Below, in pieces: positions 1-10,459 of a stretch of DNA of 64,000 bases. The stretch is from an uncultured bacterium (GTDB lineage Bacteria; Vulcanimicrobiota; JAJTBE01; CAYNGH01), in contig CAYNGH010000001.1 of assembly GCA_964396845.1 (NCBI GenBank), positions 11,936-75,935 on the forward strand, written 5' to 3'. Each line of letters begins with the position of its first letter. Within the stretch, counting starts at the first letter, position 1. The notes under the pieces were generated by a model. The model had not been told where the DNA came from. It worked only from the letters and a program-made list of their open reading frames with translations, and ran no database searches. A program made the translations under genes and the position numbers.

Positions 1-130
1 GGATAACGGGGTTTCTAAAAGGCCGGAATTACCGGGTTTCTCAAGATCACCGGGATATATGCCGGCAAAGTGAACGGGAGCCTGTCAGGGGAGAATCCTG
101 CCGGGAGAATTAGTTATCGGGAAGAGGAAA

Positions 131-1417
131 GTGAAAGCATTCAACAGGTTATACAAGTGGTTTTTGCCGGGCATGAAGATCAAGCGGTGGATCTTTCTGT
201 CCTGGATCGGCCTTTCCATTTTCAGTATCGGCCTGATCCTGCTGATGGACATAAAGTCATATATCCCCATGGAAGTTCGCCTTGCGGAAATCCTGGGGGT
301 GGATACCCGCACTGTGGATCTTCTTATGATTTTTATCGGGCTTATTCTTCTATTGGTGGGAATCCGTCAGTGGTTTGTTTCCATTTATATGGCGGTGGTT
401 CCCCACGAAAAGAAAAGTCTTGTGGATGTTATCTTCGAGAAACGTCAGCTGGATTACGGTCTGAAAATAACAGCCCTGGGCGGAGGAACCGGCCTTTCCA
501 GTCTGCTCCGGGGACTCAAGACCCATACATCAAACCTGACTGCAGTGGTCACCGTGGCTGATGACGGCGGTTCATCGGGGAGGCTCCGCAAGGAGATGGG
601 AGTGTTGCCCCCCGGGGATATACGCAACTGTCTTGTGGCCCTGGCAGATCAGGAGAGCCTCATGGGGGAGCTTTTCCAATACCGCTTCAGTGATGGTGAA
701 TCTTTGGAGGGGCATTCCTTCGGGAATCTTTTTCTGGTGGCCATGACTGCAGTTGCCGGGGATTTTGACCAGGCCATCAAGAAATCCAGCAAAATCCTGG
801 CCATCCGGGGCCGGGTCATACCCTCCACCCTGTCCCCGGTGACTCTGTGCGCAGTCACCAAGTCGGGAGAAATGATAAAGGGAGAGTCCGCCATAACCCA
901 TGACCGCCGGAGCATAGACCGGGTTTATCTGGAGCCTGGGGATTGCCGCCCCCCCGATGAAGTCATCGAAGCCATAGCTGATTGTAATCTGGTGGTGCTG
1001 GGGCCTGGCAGTCTTTTTACCAGCGTTCTTCCCAACCTTCGAGTTCGGGGAATGGTGGAGGCCATCAACCGATCCCGGGCGTCGGTGGTTTATGTGTGCA
1101 ATGTGATGACCCAGCCGGGAGAAACCGACGGCTTCACTGCGTCGGATCACTTGAAGGCCCTGTTGAAGTCGGTGCCGGATCTCAAGATTGACTATTGCTT
1201 AGTTAACAACCAAATGCCCCCTATGGAACTTTTGGAAAAATATCGTCGGGAGGACCAGTCCGCAGTGGAGGTTGATCTGGAAAACATCGAGAAAATGGGG
1301 ATAAAGCCAATTCAGACCCCCCTCATATCCACCACGGATCTTGTCCGTCACGATTCGAATCTTCTGGCCCAGAGCATAATCGGAATTCTCAAGGAACCCC
1401 ATGGGGAGGTTTTATAA
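131..1417 (+). CDS. YvcK/CofD-like (UPF0052, gluconeogenesis-factor family) protein with a ~100-aa N-terminal hydrophobic extension
   Basis: Motif LKITALGGGTGLSSLLRGLK...VVTVADDGGSSGRLR...DIRNCLVALAD is typical of the YvcK/CofD family. The N-terminus has two predicted TM helices. The start could instead be the internal Met at 173. Confidence 0.75.
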   Translation: MKAFNRLYKWFLPGMKIKRWIFLSWIGLSIFSIGLILLMDIKSYIPMEVRLAEILGVDTRTVDLLMIFIGLILLLVGIRQWFVSIYMAVVPHEKKSLVDVIFEKRQLDYGLKITALGGGTGLSSLLRGLKTHTSNLTAVVTVADDGGSSGRLRKEMGVLPPGDIRNCLVALADQESLMGELFQYRFSDGESLEGHSFGNLFLVAMTAVAGDFDQAIKKSSKILAIRGRVIPSTLSPVTLCAVTKSGEMIKGESAITHDRRSIDRVYLEPGDCRPPDEVIEAIADCNLVVLGPGSLFTSVLPNLRVRGMVEAINRSRASVVYVCNVMTQPGETDGFTASDHLKALLKSVPDLKIDYCLVNNQMPPMELLEKYRREDQSAVEVDLENIEKMGIKPIQTPLISTTDLVRHDSNLLAQSIIGILKEPHGEVL

Positions 1418-2532
1418 TGACCGGCAGGATGAAGACAATCCGGGAGATGCAACAGGAAACAGAAGAACTGAGTCTTGGGGCCAGGGCACAGAAGTCTGTT
1501 CACAGCCGGGGACGGCAGTATCCCGAGGATCCCTGCCCTATCCGCACCTGCTATCAGCGGGATCGGGACAGGATCATCTATTCCAAGGCTTTCCGGCGGT
1601 TGATGCACAAAACTCAGGTTTTCATCGCTCCCGAAGGGGATCATTACCGCACACGCCTGACCCATACCATCGAGGTTTCCCAAATTGCCCGCACCATTGC
1701 CCGAGCCCTTCAGTTAAACGAAGACCTCACCGAGGCCATTGCCCTGGGCCATGATCTGGGGCATGCGCCCTTTGGCCACGCCGGGGAGTCGGCCCTGAAC
1801 CGCCTGATGGAGAAGTTTGCCGGCCAGGGATTTCATCACAGCCTTCAGAGTTTGCGGGTGGTGGACTGCCTGGAGAAACAGGGGGGGCTTAACCTCACAT
1901 ATGAGGTGCGTAACGGCATTCTGGCCCATACCAAGGGCCGAGGGGACATGAAATCAAAGGGGCTTTTTGCCCAGCCGGAAACTCTCGAGGCAGGAGTGGT
2001 TCGTTTCGCCGATCGGCTGGCGTATATCAACCACGACATTGACGATGCCATCCGGGCCAGGATAATCTCCCCCGACGACATCCCCGGGGACCTGCGGGAA
2101 CTCTTCGGCGAGGGGATATCTCCCCGGATCCATACCATGATTATGGACATTGTTGAATCATCCCGGGAAGCCCCGGAGATAACCATGAGCCCAAAGATGT
2201 TCCAGGGGGTCAACCGCCTGAAGGATTTCATGTTTACCAGGGTCTATACCGACTCCCCCGCCAAAGCGGAAGAGCATAAAGCCGACATCATGATAAGTCA
2301 GGTATTTGAATATTTGATGAAGAACCCCCGGCTGATCCCCGATGAGATCCGCCGTTGGGGCCGGGACGGGGAATCGTCCGGAGATAAGGATGACCCGGCG
2401 GTTCAGTCCCGGGCCGTGTGTGATTTTATTGCGGGGATGACGGATCGTTATGTGATTGCTTTTTACAAACATCTGTTTCTTCCCCGGTCCTGGGAAGTTG
2501 ACTTCGGGCAGGGGGGCGGTCAGGTTAAATGA
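1417..2532 (+). CDS. dgt: dGTPase-like HD-domain triphosphohydrolase
   Basis: HD motif ...RLTHTIEVSQIARTIA...GHDLGHAPFGH... The ATG overlaps the previous stop (ATGA), which suggests operon coupling. Confidence 0.8.
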   Translation: MTGRMKTIREMQQETEELSLGARAQKSVHSRGRQYPEDPCPIRTCYQRDRDRIIYSKAFRRLMHKTQVFIAPEGDHYRTRLTHTIEVSQIARTIARALQLNEDLTEAIALGHDLGHAPFGHAGESALNRLMEKFAGQGFHHSLQSLRVVDCLEKQGGLNLTYEVRNGILAHTKGRGDMKSKGLFAQPETLEAGVVRFADRLAYINHDIDDAIRARIISPDDIPGDLRELFGEGISPRIHTMIMDIVESSREAPEITMSPKMFQGVNRLKDFMFTRVYTDSPAKAEEHKADIMISQVFEYLMKNPRLIPDEIRRWGRDGESSGDKDDPAVQSRAVCDFIAGMTDRYVIAFYKHLFLPRSWEVDFGQGGGQVK

Positions 2533-4283
2533 TTCCCCCGGAAGTAATAGATGAAGTGGTGGCCAAAACTGACCTGGCGGGGCTGGTGGGGCAGTATGTC
2601 ACCCTGAAGAAGACAGGCAGGAATCTCAAAGGGCTTTGTCCCTTTCACAACGAGAAGACTCCGTCCTTTGTGGTGACTCCCGACAAGGGTATATTCAAGT
2701 GTTTCGGATGTGGCGTTGCCGGGGGAGCCATCCAGTTTCTTATGAAAATTGAATCCCTGGATTTTCTCGATGCAGTAAAAACCCTGGCCCGAAGCGCCGG
2801 AGTAAACCTCCCCACCACCGCAGCCCAGAGAAGACAGGTCACTGAAAGAGAGATTCTCCGGGGACTGATGGAAACCGCGGTGGCTTTTTATCAGGAACAA
2901 CTGAAAAGCTCTCCGGGAAGAGTTGCCATGGGATACCTCCGGGGACGGGGGCTTTCCCCCGGTGTGATAGATGCCTTCCGTCTGGGTTTTGCGCCGGGAT
3001 CGGGAAATGCCCTGGCCCGGCATCTTCGAAGCAGAAGATTTGATTATGGGGCAATGGAACGAGCGGGGCTGGTGCGGAGATCCGGGGATGACCTGTGGGA
3101 TTATTTCCGGGGACGGATTGTTTTTCCCATATTTGACGGTCAGGGACGGCCTCTGGGAATGGGGGGCCGAAGCATGGACCCGGAAGTCCAGCCCAAGTAT
3201 CTCAACACCCCGGAAACATCCATATTCCAGAAACGAAGCATTCTCTACGGCCTTCACCTGGCCAAGGGGGAGATCCGCCGTCAGGAGGAGATATTCATCG
3301 TTGAAGGATATATGGATGCCATTGCCCTTTATGGTGCGGGCATCAAGAACACCTGCGCATCCATGGGAACTTCTCTTTCTGTGGAGCAGGCCCGAAGTGC
3401 GGCCCGGTTTGCAGGGCGGGTGCTGTTTGCCTATGACGCTGACAGTGCTGGTCAGGCGGCAACTCTGCGGGGGATTGAAATTTTCGAAGCCGAGGGTTTG
3501 AATGTCCGGGTTATAACCTTGCCCGGCGGTGAGGATCCTGATTCCATTATAAGGAAAAAGGGGGCCGATTATTTCCGGAAGCTGGCAGGCAAAGCCCAGG
3601 GGATTGTCAACTACAAGATTCACCAGCTCACCCGAGAGGTTGATGTTGATTCTCCCGAAGGAAAACAGCAGTTTGTGGAACGTATTTCTCCCATTCTCCG
3701 CCGGGTTCGGGGGGATGTCCGCCGTATGGAATATATCCGGCTTATTTCTCAGGGATATGACATCAGCGAGGATCTTCTTCACCGGGCTGTAACCAGGGAA
3801 AAAATCCGCCGATCAAATATCGATGTAAGCCCGGTTATCCGGCCCCGGCGTCTTTTGCCTGCCGAGAGGCTTATTGCCCATCTTTTTTCTTCTCCCGGGC
3901 TTATAGAAATATGCCGTGGTTACGACTTTTTTGATCATCGTCACATGGACTCTCATCTGCTGGCCATCTACCATGCATTGCTAAAAATGGAACCTTCAGA
4001 GGTTGAAGTGATAACCTCGGAACAAATTTACCGGCTGTCCCAAGACGAAGAAGTCATAAAAAAGGCGGTGGATCTGTCCATGGTTGAAGGACTACCCCCG
4101 CCGGGTGAAGAAGAAATCCGGGCAATTTTGCGGGAAATCGACATGGTGGGAAAAAAACGCAACCTGCGGGAGCTTCAGGAGAGAATCAATCGGAAGATTC
4201 AGCAGGGGGACATGAGTCCCGGCGATGCGGATCTTGTGGAGCTCAACCGGTTGCAGATGGAGATTCGAGGCCCCAGGCAGTGA
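2529..4283 (+). CDS. dnaG: DNA primase
   Basis: N-terminal CHC2 zinc finger CPFHNEKTPSFVV...FKCFGCGVAGGAIQFLM, then TOPRIM-like EGYMDAIAL. It lies immediately upstream of rpoD, the classic arrangement. Confidence 0.9.
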   Translation: MIPPEVIDEVVAKTDLAGLVGQYVTLKKTGRNLKGLCPFHNEKTPSFVVTPDKGIFKCFGCGVAGGAIQFLMKIESLDFLDAVKTLARSAGVNLPTTAAQRRQVTEREILRGLMETAVAFYQEQLKSSPGRVAMGYLRGRGLSPGVIDAFRLGFAPGSGNALARHLRSRRFDYGAMERAGLVRRSGDDLWDYFRGRIVFPIFDGQGRPLGMGGRSMDPEVQPKYLNTPETSIFQKRSILYGLHLAKGEIRRQEEIFIVEGYMDAIALYGAGIKNTCASMGTSLSVEQARSAARFAGRVLFAYDADSAGQAATLRGIEIFEAEGLNVRVITLPGGEDPDSIIRKKGADYFRKLAGKAQGIVNYKIHQLTREVDVDSPEGKQQFVERISPILRRVRGDVRRMEYIRLISQGYDISEDLLHRAVTREKIRRSNIDVSPVIRPRRLLPAERLIAHLFSSPGLIEICRGYDFFDHRHMDSHLLAIYHALLKMEPSEVEVITSEQIYRLSQDEEVIKKAVDLSMVEGLPPPGEEEIRAILREIDMVGKKRNLRELQERINRKIQQGDMSPGDADLVELNRLQMEIRGPRQ

Positions 4284-4412
4284 GGTTTCTCCCGCTTATT
4301 GTTATTTAGTTATATTTGCAAATCATTGGAAAACTTGAAGTATATAAAAACCAGTTGAACAAATAGAAGACTTGGCAAGTTTTTCGTTTTATGGCATATC
4401 CGGGAGGAAACC

Positions 4413-6641
4413 ATGTCAAAAGGGGAGTTTTCCCTTGAAATAAGGCAGTTGATAGCCCAGGGCAAGACCCGGAAGTTTTTGACATCCGAGGAGATTAACT
4501 CTGTACTTCAAAAAGAAGACAGACTGGATCCCCAGGAGATTGAAACCCTCATTGACAGCATTATCAGCGAGGGAATCGAGATTGTTGACGAACTTCCCGA
4601 CGAGGCAGAGGAAAAAGAAGAAGAACCCGATGTGGAGGAATCCCCTGTTGACCTATTTCCCCAGGGAGTGGCCCTGGATGATCCCGTCAGGATGTATCTC
4701 AAGGAGATAGGCCGGGTTCCCCTGCTCACTTCCAGCGAGGAAGTCCATCTGGCCATCCGCATTGAACAGGGTCTTTTCTGTCGCAACCATTTGCTGGCGG
4801 AACCCGCCCTGTGGCAGGCCATACTGGAGTCAGACAGGCTTGACAGAGATAAGAAGAACAAGGTCAAAAAACTTTACACCAAAATTTCCAGTCTTGATAT
4901 CAACGGTGATGAGGATGTTTCTCAGCAGATCCTTACCCGGTGGGGACAGGTTACATCTCTGGTTGAAGGGGACAACCTCCTCGAAGAGCTTCTTTTTGAT
5001 GAAGGCAAGCAGATATTTCAGGTTTATCTTGAAAAATGCCACCTGATGCGGAAATACTGGGAAGAGATTCTGGAGCAGATTCTTCCTTATTCTTCCTGGG
5101 AGCAGATCAAAGATGCCCGGGTCATATCCGCCCTGGAAAACCACCTGAAGGAATCAGAAAAACTTCTCAAGGAAAAGATTCTGGAAGGCAAAATAGCCAG
5201 CGAGAGGATTAACGAGCCGGCATTTCTCATAAACAAGGCCCGGGAGCTTCTCACGGAAAAAATCCGGAGGGGTTACCATGCCCGGTGGAGGCTGTTGCAG
5301 GCAATGAACCTCGGTGAACGTCTGAAACAACTCACCGAGGACATGACCATTTTTGACGACCGCATATCCAGCGATGTGGAGGGAGAATCAGAAACTGATC
5401 GCAGTAGCCGGGTTGATCTGGCCAGGGTTCGCCGTCAGGAGATTATTGCAAAATATGATGATCTCCAGATCCTGCAGGAACGGATTCAGAACAAATACGG
5501 CAGTGATTTCAAAAAGCTCAGGAAGCAGATTCAGGATGGCCTGGAAGCCCGAAAAGCCCTTGAACAGCTGGAAGAGGATCCCGATTCTTTTTACGAGGCA
5601 AACAAAGAATCCCCAATCTTTACAAAAATCCGCAACCGCCTGGGAAAACTCATCGAAGAGGTGGATCGGAATCTTGAAATTCTGTCCAAACAGGAAGGCC
5701 GGCTGAAATCTCTCAAGGAATCCTGCATTGAAACCCTCAACAACCAGGACAACGTCCTGCTGAAACTGGAAGAATACAAGGTGATCGACCGTCACCTCAT
5801 CTCCGGCAAGGAAGCCATCAAACAGCTCACCGAGGCGAACCTGAGGTTGGTAGTGAGTATCGCCAAGAAGTATATCTCCAAAGGGATGCTGTTTCTGGAC
5901 CTGATTCAGGAAGGGAACCTGGGGCTTATCCGGGCGGTGGAAAAGTTCGATTTCCGCAAGGGATACAAATTCAGCACATACGCCACATGGTGGATCCGAC
6001 AGGCCATAACCAGGGCACTGGCGGACCAGGCCCGCACCATCCGCATTCCCGTTCACATGGTGGAAACCATAAACCGGCTCATCAAGGTGTCCCGCCAGCT
6101 TTTGCAGGACCTGGGAAGGGATCCCACTGTGGAGGAGATTACCCGGGAGATGTTCCCCATCGATACCGAGGAAATCCGGGAAACCCTGTCCAAAAGCCTG
6201 GGGTTTGATTTGCAGATGGATCATGAGCTGATCCAGGAAGAGATTCGCCGGCGGGAAAAGGTCTGCCAGGAAAAAGTCCGGGAGATTCAAAAAATCGCTC
6301 AGGAACCCATATCCCTGGAAACCCCCATCGGTGAAGAAGAAGATTCCCACCTGGGGGACTTCATCGAGGATGATGCCGCCATAGCCCCTGCAGAAGCGGC
6401 CTCGTCAATTCTCCTCAAGGAAAAGTTAGAAGATGTCCTTCACAACCTGACAGATCGGGAGAAGAAAGTTCTCAAGCTCCGATTCGGTCTGGAGGACGGA
6501 CGATCCCGCACCCTGGAGGAAGTAGGCCGGGAATTCGGCGTCACCCGGGAGAGAATCCGCCAGATTGAAGCCAAGGCTCTGCGGAAACTCCGGCATCCCG
6601 CCCGGTCCAAATGGCTCAAGGATTACTGGATGGGACAATAA
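4413..6641 (+). CDS. rpoD: RNA polymerase primary sigma factor (sigma-70), 742 aa with a long acidic/coiled N-terminal region
   Basis: Region 2 ([34 protein letters not shown]) and region 4 ([15 protein letters not shown]...[30 protein letters not shown]) are present. An acidic stretch [18 protein letters not shown] is also present. Confidence 0.92.
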   Translation: MSKGEFSLEIRQLIAQGKTRKFLTSEEINSVLQKEDRLDPQEIETLIDSIISEGIEIVDELPDEAEEKEEEPDVEESPVDLFPQGVALDDPVRMYLKEIGRVPLLTSSEEVHLAIRIEQGLFCRNHLLAEPALWQAILESDRLDRDKKNKVKKLYTKISSLDINGDEDVSQQILTRWGQVTSLVEGDNLLEELLFDEGKQIFQVYLEKCHLMRKYWEEILEQILPYSSWEQIKDARVISALENHLKESEKLLKEKILEGKIASERINEPAFLINKARELLTEKIRRGYHARWRLLQAMNLGERLKQLTEDMTIFDDRISSDVEGESETDRSSRVDLARVRRQEIIAKYDDLQILQERIQNKYGSDFKKLRKQIQDGLEARKALEQLEEDPDSFYEANKESPIFTKIRNRLGKLIEEVDRNLEILSKQEGRLKSLKESCIETLNNQDNVLLKLEEYKVIDRHLISGKEAIKQLTEANLRLVVSIAKKYISKGMLFLDLIQEGNLGLIRAVEKFDFRKGYKFSTYATWWIRQAITRALADQARTIRIPVHMVETINRLIKVSRQLLQDLGRDPTVEEITREMFPIDTEEIRETLSKSLGFDLQMDHELIQEEIRRREKVCQEKVREIQKIAQEPISLETPIGEEEDSHLGDFIEDDAAIAPAEAASSILLKEKLEDVLHNLTDREKKVLKLRFGLEDGRSRTLEEVGREFGVTRERIRQIEAKALRKLRHPARSKWLKDYWMGQ

Positions 6642-6663
6642 CCATGCATAATCGAGGATAACC

Positions 6664-7428
6664 TTGTTTCCCTTGACTCATGTTTATTTTTATTCAACCA
6701 TCTTCCCTGTCAGCAACGGAGGAGTTCTGGGTTCTGTTTTTCCCGATACCACTCTGCTGACAGGTATGAAATGGGCCAGTACCCATAAGATGACACTGGA
6801 TTTATTCAACAGGGCAAAAAACCAGAAAGACCCGGCGGTTAGAAGCTTCATTCTGGGGCTGATGACCCACGGGGTTGATTCTCTGGGGCTGGATTATTAC
6901 GGCGATGAGGAATACAAACCCGGCAGTCCCGGCTATGCCTATATCAAGTCCCGTCCCCTGATTGAAGATGTGATCCGGGTCTGCGGGATTCCTGCTCATA
7001 TGGGGCCTTGGAAAGCCCATAACTTCATCGAGATGGGGATTGAATCCCTGGTGGCCCGAAAAGAACCCCGTCTTGAGGAATGGGTATCAAATGCCAGGCA
7101 TGATGTCCGGGGAATCGATTCCATCTCGGGGATGCTGGGGGAGTATTATAGTTTGGAGCCATCGGTTTTCAAGAAGGGGATGATCCGTTTTATAGATTTT
7201 TTACAGCCTTCAGGGAGTCCCGAGGACCTGGCTTCAAGTTATTGCCGGGTGCTGAGGGTTCGCCACCAGATCCAGAATCTCCCGGTAGAGGATGTTTCCC
7301 GACTGATATACCGGGCCAGGGATTTAATCCGGGATGAATACGAATTTTTTCTTGATGAGTGCCGGGAAGGGTTTCTTTGTAGCTGGCCGGGAATCTGCCG
7401 GGAGGGGCCTTGGAAAAATCCCGAATAA
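6664..7428 (+). CDS. hypothetical protein
   Basis: ORF 22 nt downstream of rpoD on the same strand. I recognise no family and the start codon is uncertain. Confidence 0.4.
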   Translation: MFPLTHVYFYSTIFPVSNGGVLGSVFPDTTLLTGMKWASTHKMTLDLFNRAKNQKDPAVRSFILGLMTHGVDSLGLDYYGDEEYKPGSPGYAYIKSRPLIEDVIRVCGIPAHMGPWKAHNFIEMGIESLVARKEPRLEEWVSNARHDVRGIDSISGMLGEYYSLEPSVFKKGMIRFIDFLQPSGSPEDLASSYCRVLRVRHQIQNLPVEDVSRLIYRARDLIRDEYEFFLDECREGFLCSWPGICREGPWKNPE

Positions 7429-7495
7429 GCAAGAGGTTTTACGCTACCGGTAATAAAGATATTATTTACATAACGCCTTTGGACGCAGGAGTGGA

Positions 7496-8176
7496 TTGAT
7501 GAAAAGAATCGTCACAATGATTTGTATTATTATTCTGGCCATGACAGCATTGGCATCAAGGGCAGAAGCTCAGACGGAATCAGGCAAATCCCTGATGGAT
7601 GCCATTGAGGCTATTTCCCAGACCAGGGTTTTTATCGAATTTTATTTTATGGAGGCGGGGGATTATCCCGAAAGCCTGGAGCAACTGGAGGCGGATTTAA
7701 ACTCCCTGCTTCCCCGGAACATGGAAAATGTAAAGATTCCCAAGGATCCGGCCACGGGATCTCCCTTTGTTTATAAAATGGCCCCGGATCGCAAGTCCTA
7801 CAGCCTCAAGGCGCCGGATCCTTCCCGTTACGGGGTCCCCCGACTGGAGTTTGTTCAGGTCCCTTGGGGTGGTTTTGCAGAGATTGCCGAAGAGCGCAAA
7901 CAACGTTTTCTCCAGATGATTTCCATTGAAAACATCAAGGCCATCGCCACAGCCATCGAGTATTACGCCAAGGATCACGCCGGAAATTTCCCGGCAGAGC
8001 TCAAGGATCTGATCCCCAAATACTTGAATACCATGCCCGTTTGTCCTGTTACCGGTGATTTTTATAAATACCAGCAGGACAAGGACAAGAACTACACCAT
8101 CGGCGCGCCGAAGCCATCGGTTTACGGTCTGTCGGAAATGTTCTTCTCATCTCAGCGGGGTTGGGTTACGAAGTGA
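7496..8176 (+). CDS. secreted protein with a tandem internal repeat of a pseudopilin-like (type II secretion GspG-like) module
   Basis: Signal peptide MMKRIVTMICIIILAMTALASRAEA. Two copies of the pattern E[FY]Y..[AD].G[DN][YF]P[EA].L..L...P...P.TG..[FY][VK]YK...Y.[LI].AP.PS.YG occupy residues ~45-120 and ~150-215. Confidence 0.5.
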   Translation: MMKRIVTMICIIILAMTALASRAEAQTESGKSLMDAIEAISQTRVFIEFYFMEAGDYPESLEQLEADLNSLLPRNMENVKIPKDPATGSPFVYKMAPDRKSYSLKAPDPSRYGVPRLEFVQVPWGGFAEIAEERKQRFLQMISIENIKAIATAIEYYAKDHAGNFPAELKDLIPKYLNTMPVCPVTGDFYKYQQDKDKNYTIGAPKPSVYGLSEMFFSSQRGWVTK

Positions 8177-10442
8177 ACCGGTAGCCTTCTGCCAGCAGGG
8201 GTATCAGGGATGCTCCCATGAAAGCCCCCAGCAGGTATGATACCGGGCCAGTTCCCATCAGGGGAACCAGAAATGCTCCCAGAACAAGTGCTCCCAGACA
8301 TCCTCCCAGGTGATCTGCTCCCCAGACCAGAGATACCGCCGGGGAAGATGATTCTGTTCCACGATGCATCCGGGAGATTAACTCCACACACAGGGGGGCC
8401 ACAAGCCCCGACAGGATCCCCGCGGTAATCATGGCTCCATACAGAAGAACCACCCATCCACGGCCCTTTCCTCCCAGGAGGTCAATCAGGGGAGATATGC
8501 CCAGGCACAGGATCCCCAGAAACAGTGCAGGTATTGCCACCATCCACCAGGGATGAGATTTCCTTTTTATGATATGTCCCGCTCCAAGGCCTCCGGCAAA
8601 TATCCCCAGCATATAAAGGCCCACCACAAAACCTATTCGTTCATACAGGTAACCATAAAGATTCTGGTATGAATACAACAGGAGAAGAGAAACCCCCATC
8701 CCGCAGAATCCCGATGCAAACACCATCCCCGGCGGGGATAAGGGTGTTCTTTTGACAGGAAGTGCCATCACTGCAACAGACAGCCCCAGGACAAAAACAG
8801 CAATAACCCAGTAGATGAAGGCGAATCCGCCTTTTTCCAACTTGTTGATAATCGGTGAGAGTCGGGAATCCGAGGATCCATCCCACAGTTTCAACCCCTG
8901 GAGGTAAGCCACTGGTTCAAGGTCCCGGTTGAATTTTGCCTCCCGGAGATCTCCCAGGCTTTCCTGGAAGAACCGGAGCCGATCCCCTTCGTAGAAGGTT
9001 TCAAAAAGATACGGAGTAAAGGTTGTTTCTTTGATTTCCCTTGCCTGAAAGCGATGAAAGAGAACTTGCGGATCCTCGGTGGGAGAGGCGGGATCTGTTG
9101 ATGCAAATATAAAGGCGGGATGCCCGGGGCTGGTAATCAGAACGGGAAAAACCTCCCTCAGGGTCTTGAATATGGTTCGATTGTATTCAAGAAGGGTTTC
9201 CGACAGATAGTATTCCGACGAGGCCACTGACAGGGCCAGCACTCCACCGGGGGCCAGAACCCTGCGGACATGGCGGAAGAACTCCAGAGTGTAATAACGG
9301 TTTGTCAGGGCGCTGGTGGGGTCCGGCATAGCCACGAATACCATATCCCACGGCCCTGGTGATTCTACAAGGAACAGGCGGGGATCCCCGTGAAGAACCG
9401 TAACCCGGGGATCCTGTATAATCTTTTTTTCTTCAGGGGTCATATATGGGTCAATCAGCTTGTCCAGAGCTGGATCCATGTGTATTACCGTCATTTTTTC
9501 CACCGGATGCTTCAAGACTTCCCCGATGAAACCCGGTGTCACCTGTCCCAGAACAAGTACCTGCCGGGGAGCCGGCGACTGGGTAAGAATATGGTGAGCC
9601 TTGGCAGCATCGCCGTAAGGATCCGGGAAAGCATAGCCGAATACACCGTTGAAGTAAACAGGATACTGTCCTTCCTGCTCTCCTATGGCGAGATTCTGAT
9701 ATGGGGAGTCAGCCTGGGCCAGGAGAGGAATTCCCTTCACAAGGGTTTTCCAGCGGGCATTGCGGGAAGCCTCTTCCACACCGGGAGCCATGGCCACAAG
9801 AACAAACACCGATAGAACCAGGCCCATGCTCAGGGCATCAGGTATGCCTTTTGTCCATCGGTGAAGACGGGCCCACATGACCCCCAGAGCCATGGAGGCA
9901 AAGATTATCACCCCGCAGTGAAATACCGGCAGAATCCTCACCAGGAGAAAGCTGAACAGGAGTCCCCCGCCCAGAGAACCTGCAGCTTCCATGGCATAAA
10001 GAAGTGGAAACTCGCCGACACCGTTTCTGATCCGGCATCCCAGGGGAAAGGTGAACCCCGAGGCCATACCCGGCAGAAGTAACAAACCTAAGCTTAAAAG
10101 AGCCATCTTGTGAAAAGGAATCAGCAGGCCGTAATCCACTCCGGTAAACTGACGGCTGATGCGGATCACCGGTATGAGCACAAGGGGAGCTGCAGCCACC
10201 GTCAGGGCCGAGATGCAGAAAACCCTGTGGGGTTCTCTGATGCGGCCTGAAATCAGGGAGTAAACCAATGCCCCCAGAGCAATGGACAGAAGCCATGAAA
10301 AGAGAAGATAGCCCAGCACCAGTTCATTGCCGTAAAATATTACGGTAAACTCCCGGAAAAGTATGGACTGGGTTATGGTGGATCCAGCCCCCAGCAGAAA
10401 AAAAAACAAGGGGAGGATCATCCCGATTCGATTCCTGTGCAA
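8166..10442 (-). CDS. membrane-embedded spermidine-synthase-like (polyamine aminopropyltransferase family) fusion protein, 758 aa
   Basis: About 7 N-terminal TM helices, then a central SpeE-like domain (LVLGQVTPGFIGEVLKHP...VIHMDPAL...VAMPDPTSALTNRYYTLEFF...LAPGGVLAL), then C-terminal TM helices. Confidence 0.7.
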   Translation of the reverse strand: MHRNRIGMILPLFFFLLGAGSTITQSILFREFTVIFYGNELVLGYLLFSWLLSIALGALVYSLISGRIREPHRVFCISALTVAAAPLVLIPVIRISRQFTGVDYGLLIPFHKMALLSLGLLLLPGMASGFTFPLGCRIRNGVGEFPLLYAMEAAGSLGGGLLFSFLLVRILPVFHCGVIIFASMALGVMWARLHRWTKGIPDALSMGLVLSVFVLVAMAPGVEEASRNARWKTLVKGIPLLAQADSPYQNLAIGEQEGQYPVYFNGVFGYAFPDPYGDAAKAHHILTQSPAPRQVLVLGQVTPGFIGEVLKHPVEKMTVIHMDPALDKLIDPYMTPEEKKIIQDPRVTVLHGDPRLFLVESPGPWDMVFVAMPDPTSALTNRYYTLEFFRHVRRVLAPGGVLALSVASSEYYLSETLLEYNRTIFKTLREVFPVLITSPGHPAFIFASTDPASPTEDPQVLFHRFQAREIKETTFTPYLFETFYEGDRLRFFQESLGDLREAKFNRDLEPVAYLQGLKLWDGSSDSRLSPIINKLEKGGFAFIYWVIAVFVLGLSVAVMALPVKRTPLSPPGMVFASGFCGMGVSLLLLYSYQNLYGYLYERIGFVVGLYMLGIFAGGLGAGHIIKRKSHPWWMVAIPALFLGILCLGISPLIDLLGGKGRGWVVLLYGAMITAGILSGLVAPLCVELISRMHRGTESSSPAVSLVWGADHLGGCLGALVLGAFLVPLMGTGPVSYLLGAFMGASLIPLLAEGYRFTS

Positions 10443-10459
10443 TGGCCCTCCTGGGATGT

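Noticed and set aside
5388-6350. 320-aa minus-strand ORF antisense to rpoD. Similar long antisense ORFs are 2520..3782 against dnaG, 16155..17048 and 17909..18607 against the radical SAM genes, 18756..19712 against the enolase-like gene, 23295..24161 against wecB, 43438..44373 against udk, 51020..52051 against the third radical SAM gene, and 35288..38530 fragments against the 1110-aa gene.
   Set aside because: High GC produces long spurious antisense frames. Each lies opposite a gene with a clear family assignment. None has an RBS, a recognisable motif or an independent composition signal.
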